This document shows, one piece after another, positions 62,915 through 64,000 of a stretch of DNA of 64,000 nucleotides (the stretch's first letter is position 1; each line of letters begins with the position of its first letter). The DNA is from Squalus acanthias (Eukaryota): NCBI GenBank assembly GCA_030390025.1, contig CM059449.1:19902001-19966000 (forward strand), in the 5' to 3' direction. The translations under genes and the position numbers were made by a program. The notes beneath the pieces are model-generated. The model searched no databases and had not been told where the DNA came from. It was given only the letters and a program-made list of their open reading frames with translations.

Positions 62915-63600
62915 TTCCTTCTTTTACATCTCTACATTTCTCACAGAAAAAGACTTCAGGGATATTAGACTTTGGGATTTTGGCACAAGAACCGGCAGAT
63001 ACAGGTGTTCCGCTGGTTACATTCAGTCATCGGACTGCCTGCAAAGGGCTTCTGACAATAACATGTCACCAGGTCCCACCAGTCGCCATCTGCTTCCACC
63101 ATCATATCTTCATCCATTACCCGCCTTTCGCCTTCACTGGAGCAAGTTTCACCATCATAACCATTCCCCATACTGAGATTCTCTGAATCTCAATTGATAC
63201 TCAGTGTAAGTGACCCCTGGATTTGGTCTCACACTGTAAGTGGTCCCTGCATTTGGTCTCAGGGTGTAAGGGGTCCTTGGATTTAGTCTCTCGATGTAAG
63301 TGGTCCCTGGATTTGGTCTCAGGGTGCAAGTGGTCCCTGGATTTAGTCTCAGGGTGCAAGTGGTCCCTGGATTTGGTCTCAGAGAGGAATCTCGCAGTCA
63401 CCACCTCCTCATTCCAGTCCGCTTCACTCATCCAGCTGTTCATCTTTTTCTCAGCTACTTCATTTGCCAGCCTTAGCGTTTTGCTCCTTTTAATGTGGGC
63501 GAAGCGGGACCTCTCCCCGTCAAACGCTGTCTGCTTTTCCATTTCCCTGCTCCAATTTTTATCAGCAGCTATATCTAACTTTGATCGGTTTAAACACAAA
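62915..63600 (-). pseudogene. PHF23: PHF23-like (PHF13/PHF23 family) PHD-finger pseudogene, probably processed
   Basis: [43 protein letters not shown]..(frameshift)[20 protein letters not shown]; upstream DGERSRFAHIKRSK; Zn-ligand substitutions and a frameshift. The 5' limit is uncertain. Confidence 0.85.
63205..63381. repeat. 30-bp tandem repeat, about 6 copies
   Basis: TG(T/C)AAGTGGTCCCTGGATTTGGTCTCAGGG; reads ETKSRDHLHP on the minus strand. Confidence 0.95.
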
Positions 63601-63878
63601 GCGGAGGAGCACGATGTCCCGCTGCAGAGACTGAAGGCAGCTGAAGGACGGGCTCGAGCGGCAAAAAGTGAGGCTGTGATTGAAGGAGGGGAGAGCGCGA
63701 GCGGGAGGGGGCGCAAGTGGGGGGAGGGGGAAAGGTGCGAGCGGAGGGCGCAAGCTAAGCATCAATCCCTAACGGTAAAGACGCGAGCGGCTTGAGGGAG
63801 AGAGCGGGGAAAAGGTGAAGCTTTAATTGGAGTGGCGAGGGGGGAGGGGCTGAAGTGAGCGTGAGCGGATCATCAATC

Positions 63879-64000
63879 AAGAACAACTTGCATTTATATA
63901 GCGCCTTTAATGTAGTAAAACATCCCAAGGCGCTTCACAGGAGCATTATCAAACAAAATTTGACACCGAGCCATATAAGGAGATATTAGGGCAGATGACC
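63879..64000 (-). mobile_element. SINE 3' end running off the window
   Basis: Tail AAAGGCGCTATATAAATGCAAGTTGTTCTT shared with the Deu-SINEs; different interior. Confidence 0.7.

Noticed and set aside
60956-62921. PHF23-CR1 template-switch chimera
   Set aside because: A 7-bp TSD and continuation of the PHF frame beyond the CR1 tail indicate a later insertion instead.
63223-63795. 190-aa + strand ORF
   Set aside because: Antisense to the PHF23-like pseudogene and built partly from the 30-bp repeat.

Overview
Vertebrate genomic DNA, almost certainly from a cartilaginous fish (shark). This is inferred from the repeat content: HER1/CR1-type LINEs with octamer tails, HE1/V-type SINEs and Deu-domain tRNA SINEs. 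Well over half the window is retroelement-derived, and most ORF-track entries are CR1 pieces or their antisense shadows. One host gene is recognisable: a + strand CD2/SLAM-family receptor with an IgV exon (29304-29639), an IgC2 exon (31765-32061), a TM exon (32962-33094) and candidate Tyr-motif cytoplasmic exons (about 44.9, 45.5, 52.2 and 55.5 kb). Its leader and tail exons do not join cleanly. Gene relics are an 87-nt ferritin piece fused to a young CR1 3' end, a PHF23-like retrocopy split by a CR1, and two sulfotransferase exon remnants. Main hunt results: (1) all four CR1 ORF1/ORF2 junctions, from different subfamilies, read T-TTA-AAC-stop, with ORF2 open in the -1 frame in three and lacking an AUG before the endonuclease in two, which suggests programmed -1 ribosomal frameshifting; (2) a 374-bp Penelope-derived mini-element with a minimal hammerhead ribozyme, an 87-bp perfect inverted repeat and a 12-bp TSD sits at the centre of a four-level nest, and a second hammerhead lies at 55.3 kb; (3) the ferritin-CR1 fusion looks like a template-switch chimera. 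All family assignments come from recalled motifs, not database searches.
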